From the IMG/VR virus record IMGVR_UViG_3300034071_001210, positions 1-64,000 of that record: a stretch of DNA of 64,000 nt; one strand, given 5' to 3'. Below the pieces are notes generated by a model. The model worked only from the letters and a program-made list of their open reading frames with translations, did no database searches and had not been told where the DNA came from. The position numbers and the translations under genes were made by a program. This DNA is from a virus (Duplodnaviria; Caudoviricetes). How positions within the stretch are numbered: the stretch's first letter is position 1; every line of letters starts with the position of its first letter. This document shows, in pieces, positions 1 to 10,891 of the stretch.

Positions 1-282
1 GTTTCCATTATTACCAGTATTACCTTGTGGACCAGTACCACCGGTGTTACCAGTAGCACCAGTATTACCTTGTGGACCAGTACCACCGGTGTTACCAGTA
101 GCACCAGTATTACCTTGTGGACCAGTAGCACCAGTGTTTCCTTGTGGTCCCGTTGCTCCAGTGTTACCACTTTCTAATGTAGAATACACAATCCAGGAAT
201 AACCATTCCATTGCCAAGTAGTACTATTAAATGAATATAGTTGTCCTACAGTTAGTGGTGGGTTTGGAAAGTCAATTGGCAT
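1..282 (-). CDS. Collagen-like tail fibre/virion protein, 5' part (runs off window start)
   Basis: Not in the ORF track. ATG at 282 reads [38 protein letters not shown], then Gly-X-Y repeats (GNTGATGPQ...). The N-terminus is paralogous to ORF 3841..4290. Confidence 0.85.
   Translation of the reverse strand, partial: MPIDFPNPPLTVGQLYSFNSTTWQWNGYSWIVYSTLESGNTGATGPQGNTGATGPQGNTGATGNTGGTGPQGNTGATGNTGGTGPQGNTGNNGN
13..127. repeat. 45-bp coding tandem repeat (2 perfect copies plus a partial copy)
   Basis: accagtattaccttgtggaccagtaccaccggtgttaccagtagc at 13-57 and 58-102, partial at 103-127; encodes a 15-aa collagen unit. Confidence 0.9.
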
Positions 283-306
283 ATGTTAATATTTTTCTGA
301 TGTTAT

Positions 307-3180
307 TTACCAGAACCTGAGAGTTCGCCACATTTCCGCTCCGTTATGACGCATAATATAAAGATATTTCAAACCATCAGCAGTAGTTACAATTTCCATA
401 CGATTACCAATAACTGCACTACCGTGTGCATAAGGAGTTGTAGTTTCACCATTTACTTGGAATGTCTGTAAGTCTAATGAATATACTCTTCCTGTTGAAT
501 CTTTAGTGAAGAAATATGTGTCTTCGCCATCATAAACAAACATTGATCCAGTTGTGAGTGTAACTGTTTGTGGTGTAAACACAGGAGATATATCCCATGT
601 ATTTGAAGGAATATCATAGATATCAAATCCGTTACTTGCACCACCACGACTTGAGATCAACCATCTTCCTGCCTTCGTAGTATCAGCAATACCAAACAAC
701 CATGTTAGATTTGTTCCTGTTGAACGAGCAGCAATCTCATAAATTACATAGACCGAGGTTGTATCGGTAGTTACAGCAGAGGCAATAGTCATTACTGTAG
801 CAGTATTAGAAGTAATAGCAATTTCATTTCCTATACCTGTACCTGCAACAATTCTTACACGCTTACCTGCAAGAATATTTGTTGTCCAGTTCTTATTAGC
901 ATCAGTAATAGTTGTAGAGGCACCACCCGTAGTCACAACACCAAATGAATCTAAAATCTCATACTTCGTAGTTGCATCAGGTGTTGCAACACCCCATGAT
1001 GCTACAGTAAGAGTAGTGGCTGAATTTGATGTAATTGTAGATTCGTTACCGATTCCCGTTCCAGAAACAACTCGTACTTTACAGTTTAGCCACTGATTAT
1101 TATTCCAATTTTTAGTGGAGTCAACAAGAGTTGTAGCAGTTCCAGATGTTGCCCAACCGTTTCTTTGTTTGTTCAATACCTTATTTGTTTGCATAGAACC
1201 AAAACAATTAATTTCTTGAATTACATAACGACTTGTTCCGTTTACTGCTGCTGTAATAGTAGGAACTGTAATTTTTGTAGCAGTATTTGAAGTAATTCTT
1301 CTACTCTGTATTGTTGGAGTAATACCAAAAGTCTGAATATAAACAATCTTTCCTGTATGTTCATTGGTTTCCCATGTAGCACTAGCATCTACAAGTTCAG
1401 TCGTAGATTGTGAACTTGCAGCAGTTGGTGATGCCGTAGCAGACGGAGCAGCAATAGAGAAAGTAGTTGATGAACCTACACCAATATTTGCAAAGGTTGC
1501 ATTGAATGAGGTATCTGTGGCACATCCTGCAATAGTTGCAGATTCACCATGACGGAAATCATGATTTGTAGCAGTTGTAACCACTGCACTTTTTCCAGTA
1601 GTTACAGTTAAAGTTAATGATGTACCACTACCACCTGTAGTAGCACTACTGGTAATAGCAGCATAATTGATACCACTATTTGCAAGTTGAACAGAAGTAA
1701 CGGCACCACCTGTTGTTACCCCTGTCACATAAGCAGTAGCAAGAGTTCCTGTTGTCGAAAGAGTAACAAGATCACCGACAACATAATTTGTTCCTGCTGC
1801 ATTCACTGCAACTGTTAAGATACCAGTGGCGTTATATACAATACCAGATATCGCATACCCTTCATGTGGTGCTCCATAGGTTGTACCAGCATATGGGGTT
1901 GCAGAAATATTTCTAGCAATTCCCGTATCACTTACATGACCAGTAGACCAAATATCTGCTTCTACTCCATATTGGAACATTGCAGCACTTGCATTTCCCG
2001 ATAACCATAATTTATCAGTATCTCCATATATTGCATATTGTGAAGTTGCATCAGGTGTGATATCCCATTTTCTAGCAATCCACATGGTTGTGGCATTGTG
2101 TCCAACGATTCTTCTTCGTTGTCCAATACCAGTACCACTTGTAATACGAACCTGATAATTCGCATAACGATCATAATCCATCGTTGCACCACTATTTACT
2201 AGTGTTCTTGTGGTTGCAGAAGATGCAGTTAGTCCACTGACATATGCACCAGCGGCTTCACCTGTTCGATCTATAGAAAAATCAGTTCCCAGTGCAGCAG
2301 TTAGGTGACCACCAATAGGTGTCTTAGTCATCCATGTATCAGTTAAAATATCATAAAATTGCATGGAAGAAAAAGGAGTTGCTGATGCCGATGAGATTAA
2401 CCACAAACCACCAGCAAGAATCATATAAACAGAACTTTCGTCTGGTGTTACAGTCCATGCAGTATCTACAGTTAATACCGATGATTCAATCACATAGTGT
2501 GCCTGTGATCCTGCTGTTGTTACAGGAACAGCATATGGAGTAATGGCAGAAAATCCCATATTGTTGAAGGAATCGATTGCCTGAAAATTGGTATCCATGA
2601 AAGTCAATGAAGTCGTATCATTAAATGAAATTCTACGAATTTGAGTCTGCCCTGTTCCGTAAACTAAACGGCATTGATAACCATCCCATTGGTTGACTCT
2701 CCATTTCTTTGTAGAGTCTGCAATAGATACAGTTGTTGTAGTATTTGTAGTTGTGGTGATAACACCAAAGTCTGCTATTTCTGCATCTGCTAGTTCAGTA
2801 ATGGTTCGTTCTTGTCCTGCCCCTTTACCTGCAATAATACGAATTTTAATATTATCAGGAAGATGCGAATGGCGACTAAATCCTGCTACAGTAATAGTAG
2901 TAGACGATGCTGCAACAGCATGACCACGATATCCAGAGTATGCTGAATATTTCAGACTCACTGCTGTAAGTGGTGCAATATTGGGAGCAGCACATTCTTG
3001 CCATGTATCAGAATAGGTATCGTATCTCCACATCGCTTGACCAACAAGATAGTACATATATCGTGCATATGTATCACTTGCTGCAAGAGTAGAAGTTGCA
3101 ATACTTGTTGCTGGAGCAAAGCGCATCCATTCAAATACTGGTTGATCTACTTGTGTTTTTAATAAATTTGTTACTGCCAT
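307..3180 (-). CDS. Large Thr-rich virion/receptor-binding protein with Kelch-like blades and about 6 internal repeats
   Basis: 957 aa. Repeats of D-x-T-K-N-W-x-x-N-x-W...V-R-I-V-x-G-T-G-I-G, and Y/F-x-Y-D-x-x-x-x-T-W blade motifs. Lies in the tail-fibre cluster. Confidence 0.65.
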   Translation of the reverse strand: MAVTNLLKTQVDQPVFEWMRFAPATSIATSTLAASDTYARYMYYLVGQAMWRYDTYSDTWQECAAPNIAPLTAVSLKYSAYSGYRGHAVAASSTTITVAGFSRHSHLPDNIKIRIIAGKGAGQERTITELADAEIADFGVITTTTNTTTTVSIADSTKKWRVNQWDGYQCRLVYGTGQTQIRRISFNDTTSLTFMDTNFQAIDSFNNMGFSAITPYAVPVTTAGSQAHYVIESSVLTVDTAWTVTPDESSVYMILAGGLWLISSASATPFSSMQFYDILTDTWMTKTPIGGHLTAALGTDFSIDRTGEAAGAYVSGLTASSATTRTLVNSGATMDYDRYANYQVRITSGTGIGQRRRIVGHNATTMWIARKWDITPDATSQYAIYGDTDKLWLSGNASAAMFQYGVEADIWSTGHVSDTGIARNISATPYAGTTYGAPHEGYAISGIVYNATGILTVAVNAAGTNYVVGDLVTLSTTGTLATAYVTGVTTGGAVTSVQLANSGINYAAITSSATTGGSGTSLTLTVTTGKSAVVTTATNHDFRHGESATIAGCATDTSFNATFANIGVGSSTTFSIAAPSATASPTAASSQSTTELVDASATWETNEHTGKIVYIQTFGITPTIQSRRITSNTATKITVPTITAAVNGTSRYVIQEINCFGSMQTNKVLNKQRNGWATSGTATTLVDSTKNWNNNQWLNCKVRVVSGTGIGNESTITSNSATTLTVASWGVATPDATTKYEILDSFGVVTTGGASTTITDANKNWTTNILAGKRVRIVAGTGIGNEIAITSNTATVMTIASAVTTDTTSVYVIYEIAARSTGTNLTWLFGIADTTKAGRWLISSRGGASNGFDIYDIPSNTWDISPVFTPQTVTLTTGSMFVYDGEDTYFFTKDSTGRVYSLDLQTFQVNGETTTPYAHGSAVIGNRMEIVTTADGLKYLYIMRHNGAEMWRTLRFW

Positions 3181-3194
3181 ATTATTTCCTTAAA

Positions 3195-3824
3195 TTATGT
3201 AAATGAAAGTTTAGATCGAATTGCGGATGCATAACAGGCTTGAGCGTCATTGGCTACACGCCATAACTGGTGAACTGGACCTTCTGAAACCAATCCTACT
3301 GCCTGTGATGTCGATAGAGTATATGGATTTACTGCTGAGTTGTTGAATGTTGTAGCGGTTACAGCATTGTTCACATTGGCTGTGGCTGTAACTGTTCCCG
3401 AAACAGGAAGAGTTGTATTAAGTTCAGTTGGATTGGATGAATTGTTTGCACCAATTGCTTCAATCGTAACTCTTTGTCGAAGTTTGCTATCTACAACAGC
3501 ATTACTTTCGAGCAATTTATTCATGCGGCGAAGAAGTGTTGCTAGACTTTCTTCATAACTCTCAACATCAATGTAAATTTGCAATGCATCAGTTGCATTC
3601 ATAGATGCTGTATTATAATCTAAAGTCAGCACATTGCTAGCAAAACTTACCGCACCATTTGTAGAATCTGCAAAATTATAAATTATTGTGTTTGCAGTGG
3701 TATTGGTAATAAGAAGAATATTGGCTAATGTAATAGTATATTGAAGACCTGTAAAAGTTACGGTCTTGGCTGCTGGATCAAAGATGTATCCACCTACTAT
3801 ATCTGTTCCGACTAATCGTTTCAT
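3195..3824 (-). CDS. Putative virion structural protein
   Basis: 209 aa, beta-rich N-terminus plus helical segment; TATAAATA late promoter and AGAGGA RBS upstream. Confidence 0.6.
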   Translation of the reverse strand: MKRLVGTDIVGGYIFDPAAKTVTFTGLQYTITLANILLITNTTANTIIYNFADSTNGAVSFASNVLTLDYNTASMNATDALQIYIDVESYEESLATLLRRMNKLLESNAVVDSKLRQRVTIEAIGANNSSNPTELNTTLPVSGTVTATANVNNAVTATTFNNSAVNPYTLSTSQAVGLVSEGPVHQLWRVANDAQACYASAIRSKLSFT

Positions 3825-3837
3825 GTGTATTCCTCTA

Positions 3838-3845
3838 TATTTATA
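3838..3845 (-). promoter_or_regulatory. T4-type late promoter TATAAATA
   Basis: Exact T4 late consensus upstream of ORF 3195..3824. Confidence 0.7.
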
Positions 3846-4290
3846 ACACCGTTGCCATTGCTATTACAAAAGCAGCATCTACCCCACCTGTGGCACCCGT
3901 ATTACCTTGACCAGCATTACCAAATTCAACCCAAATACGAGAAGCACCATCTGTTATTGCTGTGAATAATTTTCCAGTGTTTGTATCAAACCATCTATCT
4001 CCAGCAGTTGGTCCTGCACCAACGGTAGTACCTTCCGTGAAACTGAAATAGGTTCCACCACCTCCACCACCACCAGAAGATTCAATGGTAATCGTATTAC
4101 CAACTGGAGTTAGAGTAATATTTGACCCAGCAGCAAGTGTTACACCGCCGGTTAAACCATTGAGTCGTGTTACAACGCTACCACTTACAGTACTATAAAC
4201 ATCCCACGCAGTGCCGTTCCATTGCCAAGAACGACCACCATACGTGTAAATTTCATTCAGTGCTGGTGATGTAGGGAAATCTAGTGCCAT
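3841..4290 (-). CDS. Short tail-fibre-type virion protein
   Basis: 149 aa. DFPxxP...WQWNG N-terminus, V-x-R-L-N-G-L-T-G fibre repeat and GDRW...WV module shared with other ORFs. CTAAATA lies 7 nt upstream of the ATG. Confidence 0.7.
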   Translation of the reverse strand: MALDFPTSPALNEIYTYGGRSWQWNGTAWDVYSTVSGSVVTRLNGLTGGVTLAAGSNITLTPVGNTITIESSGGGGGGGTYFSFTEGTTVGAGPTAGDRWFDTNTGKLFTAITDGASRIWVEFGNAGQGNTGATGGVDAAFVIAMATVL

Positions 4291-4300
4291 GTGTTAATAT

Positions 4301-5536
4301 TTAGATGATTTCATACCATGAAAAATCTGAGAAAACGTTGGAATTGGCATTAATGGGAATAAAAGCTAGACAGATAACATCACTGACTCCTGCTTGAGTT
4401 CTACCTAATTGAAAATTAAAACTATTTACCTCACCAATAGTAAATGCTCCATCACTGGTAATGTACCCACCAACAATATCAGTTCCACCAGTAACTCCTG
4501 TAGCAGTAATATTATAATCAACATTTCCACTATAATGTGTTGTCCAAGTATTTCCTGTTAATGTAGGATTTAGTATAATTCTATATTGCACCGTGTTTGG
4601 TTTATTTGATCCAGTTTGTTCTAATGCTGCAGAAACATTTGATGGAATAATAATAGAATCGAGTCTACTAGAATTAAGTCTCAAAGAAATTAATGGATAC
4701 AATACTCCTGGAGTAGGCAATGTATGTGCTAAATACCCACTATGAGTTACGTTATGCCGTCTGCTAAAACCTTCATATCCACCATCTGAAATAACAGAAG
4801 AACAAATTTGTTTTACTTGACTGCTTCCTGTTTGACCTGTTAAATTCTCAAGTTCATAACGAATTGGAAGACATGCTGTGGTCATATAAGTCGTTGTGTT
4901 TATATTATCGTTATGGAATGTGTGTGCTATTACAGGTTTACCATCAACAAAGAAACCTGTACGAACATCACCTACACCAAGCCATTCAAAATCCATCCAT
5001 AAAATATTTGCTTTTGAAACATCTAAGTTACGTCCAGAAGCACCAGTTCCATTAAACTTATCTCCGTTCCAGTCTGCTTGATTTACTGTAGTTGTGGTAT
5101 TTAATGATGCTGATGACATTACGATACTTAATGTCAGACCACTTTGTTGAAGATATACACCATTATATGGAACACCAGAAGTTGCACCACCAGTAAGCCC
5201 GAAGTATCCAATTCTTTGTCTTAGTCCTTCTTTTGGTTGATTAAATGCAAATGTGTTTAGAACCAAAAGAGATTTACCAGGCTGGTATGGAAATACTCTT
5301 TTAGTCTCTCTTGAAAATTTTGAACCCAATGTAGTTCCAACAATTAAGTTTAGTGCGCTTTCAGTAATTGCATAAGAATATGTACCACCTGTGACACCAA
5401 AGGAATCCCATTTGTCATTGGGTTGATATCTATTTTGACTGTCAAAGATTGTGAATGGGTTAGCAACTTTAAGACGATTAAATGCATCCACTGCATCTGC
5501 TTTGAACCCAACAGTATCATTAAATAAGTAACTCAT
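4301..5536 (-). CDS. Putative virion protein, possibly a lectin/ConA-like beta-sandwich
   Basis: Beta-rich ORF. Likely start is ATG 5536 (MSYLFND), which forms an ATGA overlap with the upstream stop; the ORF track gives 5548. Confidence 0.55.
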   Translation of the reverse strand: MSYLFNDTVGFKADAVDAFNRLKVANPFTIFDSQNRYQPNDKWDSFGVTGGTYSYAITESALNLIVGTTLGSKFSRETKRVFPYQPGKSLLVLNTFAFNQPKEGLRQRIGYFGLTGGATSGVPYNGVYLQQSGLTLSIVMSSASLNTTTTVNQADWNGDKFNGTGASGRNLDVSKANILWMDFEWLGVGDVRTGFFVDGKPVIAHTFHNDNINTTTYMTTACLPIRYELENLTGQTGSSQVKQICSSVISDGGYEGFSRRHNVTHSGYLAHTLPTPGVLYPLISLRLNSSRLDSIIIPSNVSAALEQTGSNKPNTVQYRIILNPTLTGNTWTTHYSGNVDYNITATGVTGGTDIVGGYITSDGAFTIGEVNSFNFQLGRTQAGVSDVICLAFIPINANSNVFSDFSWYEII

Positions 5537-7653
5537 ATTATTCTCCATCCATTTCTATAAAGAAAATGCAGTGCTGCATTGTCTAAATTAATTATTGCTG
5601 AACTTTGATTATCTATCTTGTGTGCAGATGTTGCACCAACTATTGTAATCTGACGTGCAACTCCATTACCCGCATTACCAGATTCATCTTTAACAACAAT
5701 TTCTCTTCCAGTTTCTGGAGCAACTGGAAGTGTTACTGTAACTGGTCCTGCATAACTAACACCAATATAATAATCAACCACAGATGCTGTATAAGTTGCT
5801 CCCGTGACACCAACTGTTCCTAAAATTGAAACTGGAGTAGAATTGCTGCTTGTATTAGTTGGCTGAACCCACTGATTTGTATTGCCATCATTAATATAAA
5901 TGTATTCGATACCGCTATCGGAAGCCATCCACCGATCACCATGAGTAGCACCAGCAGGAGAAGATAGTTGATATGAAAAACTAATTCCTCTTAATAACGT
6001 CTTAAAATCAGAAAAACTTATTGATTTTTCAGTAATGTCATCAGGATCAACTTCAGTAAATAATTTAATATATTCAGAAGATATAGTAGAAACTTTTTTA
6101 TCAATACCAGATGTTATAAACCCTAATCCTTTTAGGGTTGTGGTGTACATGTTTCCACCATCAAGAATGGATTTTTGTAATAATATTACATCATTACTCT
6201 CTGGATTTTTAACCAAATTAAACGCACTACCACCACGAAGATAATTGACACTAAAAGAATATGTGTTTCCAGATATGAAAGATGTAATACCTGCAAGTGC
6301 ATTTAAATTAACGGCTCCAGTAATTCCATTAATCGAAGCAACATATGGACCAGAAATTCCTGCTCCACCAGATCCACCAGCAATACTAATATCAATATTT
6401 TTTCTTCGTTTGGTGATTGTAATATTATCACCAACAAAATTTATTACACTAGGATTACGAATAATCTTATCGCCATTCAAACTAACATCAACACCACCGC
6501 CACCTGGAGTTGCAAGTACACCAATACGATCTATGGCTTTTTGAATATCATCATTTTTAAATTTATCCAGAATATTTGTAACATGTTCTGAATGAAATGA
6601 TAACACTCCATTGTCTAATACAAGAGGAAATTCTGCTTCAATTACTGGAGATTCTCCAGCAGGACCTTGAGGACCTACGATCCCATCTTCGCCTCGTTCG
6701 CCCTTTGCACCATTAGAACCCGGAATGCCCACAGATCCTCGATCACCTTTTTCTCCCTTTTCACCACGAAGACCTTGCAGACCAATGGAGCCTTGAGGTC
6801 CAATCGGACCTTCAGGACCAACTCTACCTTGCTCACCTTGTGCGCCCGGAATACCTTGTGGACCAACCAATCCTTGATCGCCTTGATCGCCTTTATCACC
6901 CTTGTCTCCTTGAATGCCTTGCTTACCTTGTAGCCCTTGTGCTCCTCGTGCACCAATATCTCCATTATCACCTTTTGGACCTTGTGGACCAACTTCTCCT
7001 TGAGGACCGATTTCACCTTGTGGACCAACTTCTCCTTGAATACCACGATCTCCACGAAGACCTTGAATTCCTTGCTTACCTTGAATACCTTCATCACCCT
7101 TGAAACCTTGAACACCCATAACTGGTGTTGTTTCTTTAACTATAGTTCGTTCTATAATTTCAATCTTGGTCTTTGGTGAAACTGGCTTTACTTCTGGTAA
7201 TTTTACAGGTACAACAATTTCTTCAAACAGATTTTTAATCTGATGAGAGTTACCATAAAATTTAATAACTTTATTTGTATTTTGTTGAATGAAATAATGC
7301 TCACTGATACCATGACCAAGTTGCATTTTTTCATCATACGGACAAGAAGAAATTTCTTTCAGTACTTGATTTTGTAATAAAGAACCAATAGGTCTTTTAA
7401 CCTTGAACGAAGTTCCTTGAAGTCCTTCAAAGGTTTGTATTGGAATGAACAAATCTTTAATCTTAGAAGCATTACCTTCGATTAAATATTCTTCACCATC
7501 AGAATTTCTTAGATATAATTGTGTTAACCCAGATCCAACTCGTATAACTTTTGGATTTGTCAGATATTCGACAATATGGTATTCACAGCCTTGTAGCAGT
7601 TCTGAATGCTGTTTTGCCAGTTTTAAAGATGTTTTGTTCTTTCCGAAGAACAT
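5533..7653 (-). CDS. Collagen triple-helix tail-fibre-like protein
   Basis: 706 aa with a long charged Gly-X-Y tract (about 6655-7120), a VASINGITG fibre repeat and a C-terminal VTLP...GREIVVKDESG domain. CTAAATA lies 6 nt before the ATG. Confidence 0.8.
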   Translation of the reverse strand: MFFGKNKTSLKLAKQHSELLQGCEYHIVEYLTNPKVIRVGSGLTQLYLRNSDGEEYLIEGNASKIKDLFIPIQTFEGLQGTSFKVKRPIGSLLQNQVLKEISSCPYDEKMQLGHGISEHYFIQQNTNKVIKFYGNSHQIKNLFEEIVVPVKLPEVKPVSPKTKIEIIERTIVKETTPVMGVQGFKGDEGIQGKQGIQGLRGDRGIQGEVGPQGEIGPQGEVGPQGPKGDNGDIGARGAQGLQGKQGIQGDKGDKGDQGDQGLVGPQGIPGAQGEQGRVGPEGPIGPQGSIGLQGLRGEKGEKGDRGSVGIPGSNGAKGERGEDGIVGPQGPAGESPVIEAEFPLVLDNGVLSFHSEHVTNILDKFKNDDIQKAIDRIGVLATPGGGGVDVSLNGDKIIRNPSVINFVGDNITITKRRKNIDISIAGGSGGAGISGPYVASINGITGAVNLNALAGITSFISGNTYSFSVNYLRGGSAFNLVKNPESNDVILLQKSILDGGNMYTTTLKGLGFITSGIDKKVSTISSEYIKLFTEVDPDDITEKSISFSDFKTLLRGISFSYQLSSPAGATHGDRWMASDSGIEYIYINDGNTNQWVQPTNTSSNSTPVSILGTVGVTGATYTASVVDYYIGVSYAGPVTVTLPVAPETGREIVVKDESGNAGNGVARQITIVGATSAHKIDNQSSAIINLDNAALHFLYRNGWRII

Positions 7654-7678
7654 TTATATTATTTAGGGTCCGATTTCA

Positions 7679-10600
7679 TTAGATTGGAATGCAGTCGAAG
7701 TAAAAACCATTATATGTAAATCCACCACCATTTCGTATAGTACAAGTAATTGGGTAACCAACAACACCATTACCCTCACACGCACTACCACTTCCTAGAG
7801 GCATCGTATTTGGATTTGAATCACATGATGTATTACCAAATGGACCACCACGACCATCATAGGCATTATATGTAGTTCCACGTATTAACATTGCGAAACC
7901 AGCAACATCACGATCTACACCGCCTAAACTTATTGCACTATAAAATGCTGGTGAATTTAATATAGTTAATCCACTATAGGATCCTTTAAACAGACCAGGA
8001 TCTAGAGAGGCTAGACTTCCATACAGAGAATAATTTAACCACCAAGTACCAACACCTAGAGTAGTACCTCCAACATCATCACCACTTAAACTTAATTGAA
8101 TTAATTCCCCAACAACTGCAGTTGCACCTTGAATCTGTAATGTACCGTTTCCAGGTATAACGACACTTGAAGACGGATATCCATTAGAGGATGTTTTTCT
8201 TGTCTGCCATATACTAGGTGTAGACAAGAATGTTCGTGGTGTTGGAATCCATGCGCATGATCCATTATAAGAAATTATATCACCAGCACACAATCCGTTT
8301 ACTGGAAGATTTGGATATAATTTAGAAATTATTGCAGAGCCGTCTGTAACACCACTACCAGAACTTGTTGCACTGATTGTTAAAGTATTACCACTTGTCG
8401 TTAGAGTGATACCTGTACCAGCAGATAAACCAACAATGCCTGTAAGACCACGAATACTCAGAACAGCAGAGGTTATACCAGACACTGCAGACGAAGAGAT
8501 TATTAACGTATTACCACTTGGAGATATGCTAATACCAGTTCCAGCAGATAAACCTACAATACCAGTAAGACCATTAATACGACTAACAGTTTCTGATGTT
8601 AATGCAAGCGTTCCACTGCTTGATGGGAAATTAATCGTACTCTCAAGAGTTGAAGGAATCCATGCTTGCGTTATACCCAAAGCAGAAACAAATAATATTT
8701 TATTTGATTGGATAACAGAACTATCCAAATTATCTGAATCTGTTAATGTTAATTTTGGTGTCTTTTTTGTTATTGCTTGGTTTAAAGTAAATATGTTAGC
8801 TAAATTTGTTTTTGCAACATTTGTAACATTTCCCGTATCTGTAGTATTAATAGACCGCACACCAGTATTTGAAATTGTTATAGTACCAGTGGGGCCATTT
8901 AATCCAATTCCCGTAGAAGCACTTAAAGTCTGTACACCAGTATTAGTAATAGTGATCGCACCAGTTGAACCAGTTAAGGAAATGCCTGTAGAACCAGTTA
9001 AAGTTTGGACACCAGTATTGGAAATTGATAAAGTATTACCAGTTGAAATGATACTGATGCTAGTTCCTGCAGATAAACCAACTGTACCAGTAATACCATT
9101 AATACTTTGAACACCAGCAGATACCCCAACACATGAACCAGAAACAGTTGAAAGTATTGTTAATGTATTTCCAGAAATACCAAAACTAATACCGGTACCG
9201 GCAGCAAAACTTATCATACCAGTAAGACCATTCAATCTGTTTACGAGATTTCCTGTAATACTAGTAACATCTCCAAGAATACTTATACCACATACACCAC
9301 TTAACAATATTGTGCCTGCTGCACCATCTGTTTGAATATAGGCTTCTCTTACTGGGGAGGTATATACACCATTTGTACCAAGAGATATAAACTTAGGAGA
9401 ACTAATATCCACATTATCAGAACTTGGATCGATTCTAATATCTGAGTTTCCACACTCTCCTCTAATAAAAACTGTATTATTAAGAATAATTGGACCACAT
9501 GAGCCACATGCACCAGTAGCTGTAAAAATTATAGAATTGCCTGATAAACCAATTCCCATATTATTTCCAGCCAAAAGAGTAACTGCACCCGTAAGTCCAT
9601 TTATAGAATTTATAATATTAGGAGCACTGATTCCATTTGGAAGATCTAATAAACCATATATTCTTGCATTAGTAATTGAAGTATTACCAATTACTGTACT
9701 ATTATTTCCCAATCCAATAGCATTATATCCAATTACAAGTTCATTTGTTGAAGTATTTGCTAATGATCTAGACCTGTTGCCAATAAACATACTATTATTT
9801 GCAATAGTTAATTGTAAAGTACCTGTTATACCTCTATTAGCTCCAGCATCATATCCAACAGCTAAATTATTATTTGAAGGAGTTGGATTATCTGTAATAA
9901 ATTTAAGAGCATTATTACCAATAGCAGTATTATAAGAAGGTGTGATTATGTTTTGAAGTGTACTATGACCAACAGCAAAATTATATTGCCCCTCTTCATT
10001 GGATTGTAATGACGCATTTCCAATTGCTAAATTGCCATAAGCAAATCCTGTTTGACCTGTATTAGCAACAGATCCAATAGTTAAATTTGTTGCATCACCA
10101 CAACCACCTTTACCAAATATCATATTTTGTACAAAAATTTCTTTAGTAAAGTTTCCAGTAGTAGAAGTAAATCCACTTGAAAAAATTTGTCCAAGATCAA
10201 ATGTATTTGTTGTATCTGTTTTAGCAACATTCTGAACAATTCCAGTTGCACCATTTACAGAAATAACATATGGACCACTTATACCATCAGCCCCCGTTGG
10301 TCCTGTAGGACCTGTACTTCCGTTGGTTCCGTTGGTTCCGTTAGCACCAGTTGGACCCTGTAACCCCTGTGGTCCAGCTTGTCCAACAGCACCTGCAAGA
10401 TTGACATCCCACAAAGCCAATGTACCAGAACCACAAACTCCTGTAACTGTCAAAGATAGAGTTACACCACTATAAGAACTGACTGTTGCTGTAAAAAATT
10501 GATTTATACTACCTGCAACTAATATAGATTGTACTTTACTATATGCTAAACCGGAAGGAATAACAATACTCAATGTAGACCCTGCAGTCAACGATCCTAA

Positions 10601-10852
10601 AACTATAGAAGATGTCGAACTTGTTGAGTATTTATCACCATCTAAACCAGTAGGACCATTGTTTCCAGTAGCACCAGTATTTCCAGTTGAACCAGTAGGA
10701 CCAGTTGAGCCAGTAGAACCTCTAGAACCAGTAGGACCAGTAGGACCAGTAGATCCCGTAGACCCTCTACTACCAGTAGGACCGGCTGGACCTTGAGCTC
10801 CACCAATTCCATATGGAGAGCCATATACGATTACATTAAGAATATCTTCCAT
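7679..10852 (-). CDS. Long tail fibre protein
   Basis: 1057 aa with two collagen tracts, an adhesin-head-like N-x-A-I/V-G repeat region and many V-x-S/R-I-N-G-L-T-G...AGTGI repeats. Confidence 0.75.
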   Translation of the reverse strand: MEDILNVIVYGSPYGIGGAQGPAGPTGSRGSTGSTGPTGPTGSRGSTGSTGPTGSTGNTGATGNNGPTGLDGDKYSTSSTSSIVLGSLTAGSTLSIVIPSGLAYSKVQSILVAGSINQFFTATVSSYSGVTLSLTVTGVCGSGTLALWDVNLAGAVGQAGPQGLQGPTGANGTNGTNGSTGPTGPTGADGISGPYVISVNGATGIVQNVAKTDTTNTFDLGQIFSSGFTSTTGNFTKEIFVQNMIFGKGGCGDATNLTIGSVANTGQTGFAYGNLAIGNASLQSNEEGQYNFAVGHSTLQNIITPSYNTAIGNNALKFITDNPTPSNNNLAVGYDAGANRGITGTLQLTIANNSMFIGNRSRSLANTSTNELVIGYNAIGLGNNSTVIGNTSITNARIYGLLDLPNGISAPNIINSINGLTGAVTLLAGNNMGIGLSGNSIIFTATGACGSCGPIILNNTVFIRGECGNSDIRIDPSSDNVDISSPKFISLGTNGVYTSPVREAYIQTDGAAGTILLSGVCGISILGDVTSITGNLVNRLNGLTGMISFAAGTGISFGISGNTLTILSTVSGSCVGVSAGVQSINGITGTVGLSAGTSISIISTGNTLSISNTGVQTLTGSTGISLTGSTGAITITNTGVQTLSASTGIGLNGPTGTITISNTGVRSINTTDTGNVTNVAKTNLANIFTLNQAITKKTPKLTLTDSDNLDSSVIQSNKILFVSALGITQAWIPSTLESTINFPSSSGTLALTSETVSRINGLTGIVGLSAGTGISISPSGNTLIISSSAVSGITSAVLSIRGLTGIVGLSAGTGITLTTSGNTLTISATSSGSGVTDGSAIISKLYPNLPVNGLCAGDIISYNGSCAWIPTPRTFLSTPSIWQTRKTSSNGYPSSSVVIPGNGTLQIQGATAVVGELIQLSLSGDDVGGTTLGVGTWWLNYSLYGSLASLDPGLFKGSYSGLTILNSPAFYSAISLGGVDRDVAGFAMLIRGTTYNAYDGRGGPFGNTSCDSNPNTMPLGSGSACEGNGVVGYPITCTIRNGGGFTYNGFYFDCIPI

Positions 10853-10861
10853 ATAGTATTA

Positions 10862-10869
10862 TATTTATA
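10862..10869 (-). promoter_or_regulatory. T4-type late promoter TATAAATA
   Basis: Exact consensus 9 nt upstream of ATG 10852. Confidence 0.7.
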
Positions 10870-10891
10870 CTCTGTATTTCTATTATTAATA

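Noticed and set aside
13-127. CRISPR-like repeat array
   Set aside because: The repeats are head-to-tail with no spacers and encode collagen Gly-X-Y units.
8406-9935. Long plus-strand ORFs (8406..9110, 9537..9935) and similar shadow ORFs elsewhere, e.g. 35968..36408 and 6675..7115
   Set aside because: They are antisense or alternate-frame shadows of repetitive or codon-biased genes, with no RBS/promoter support or recognisable motifs.
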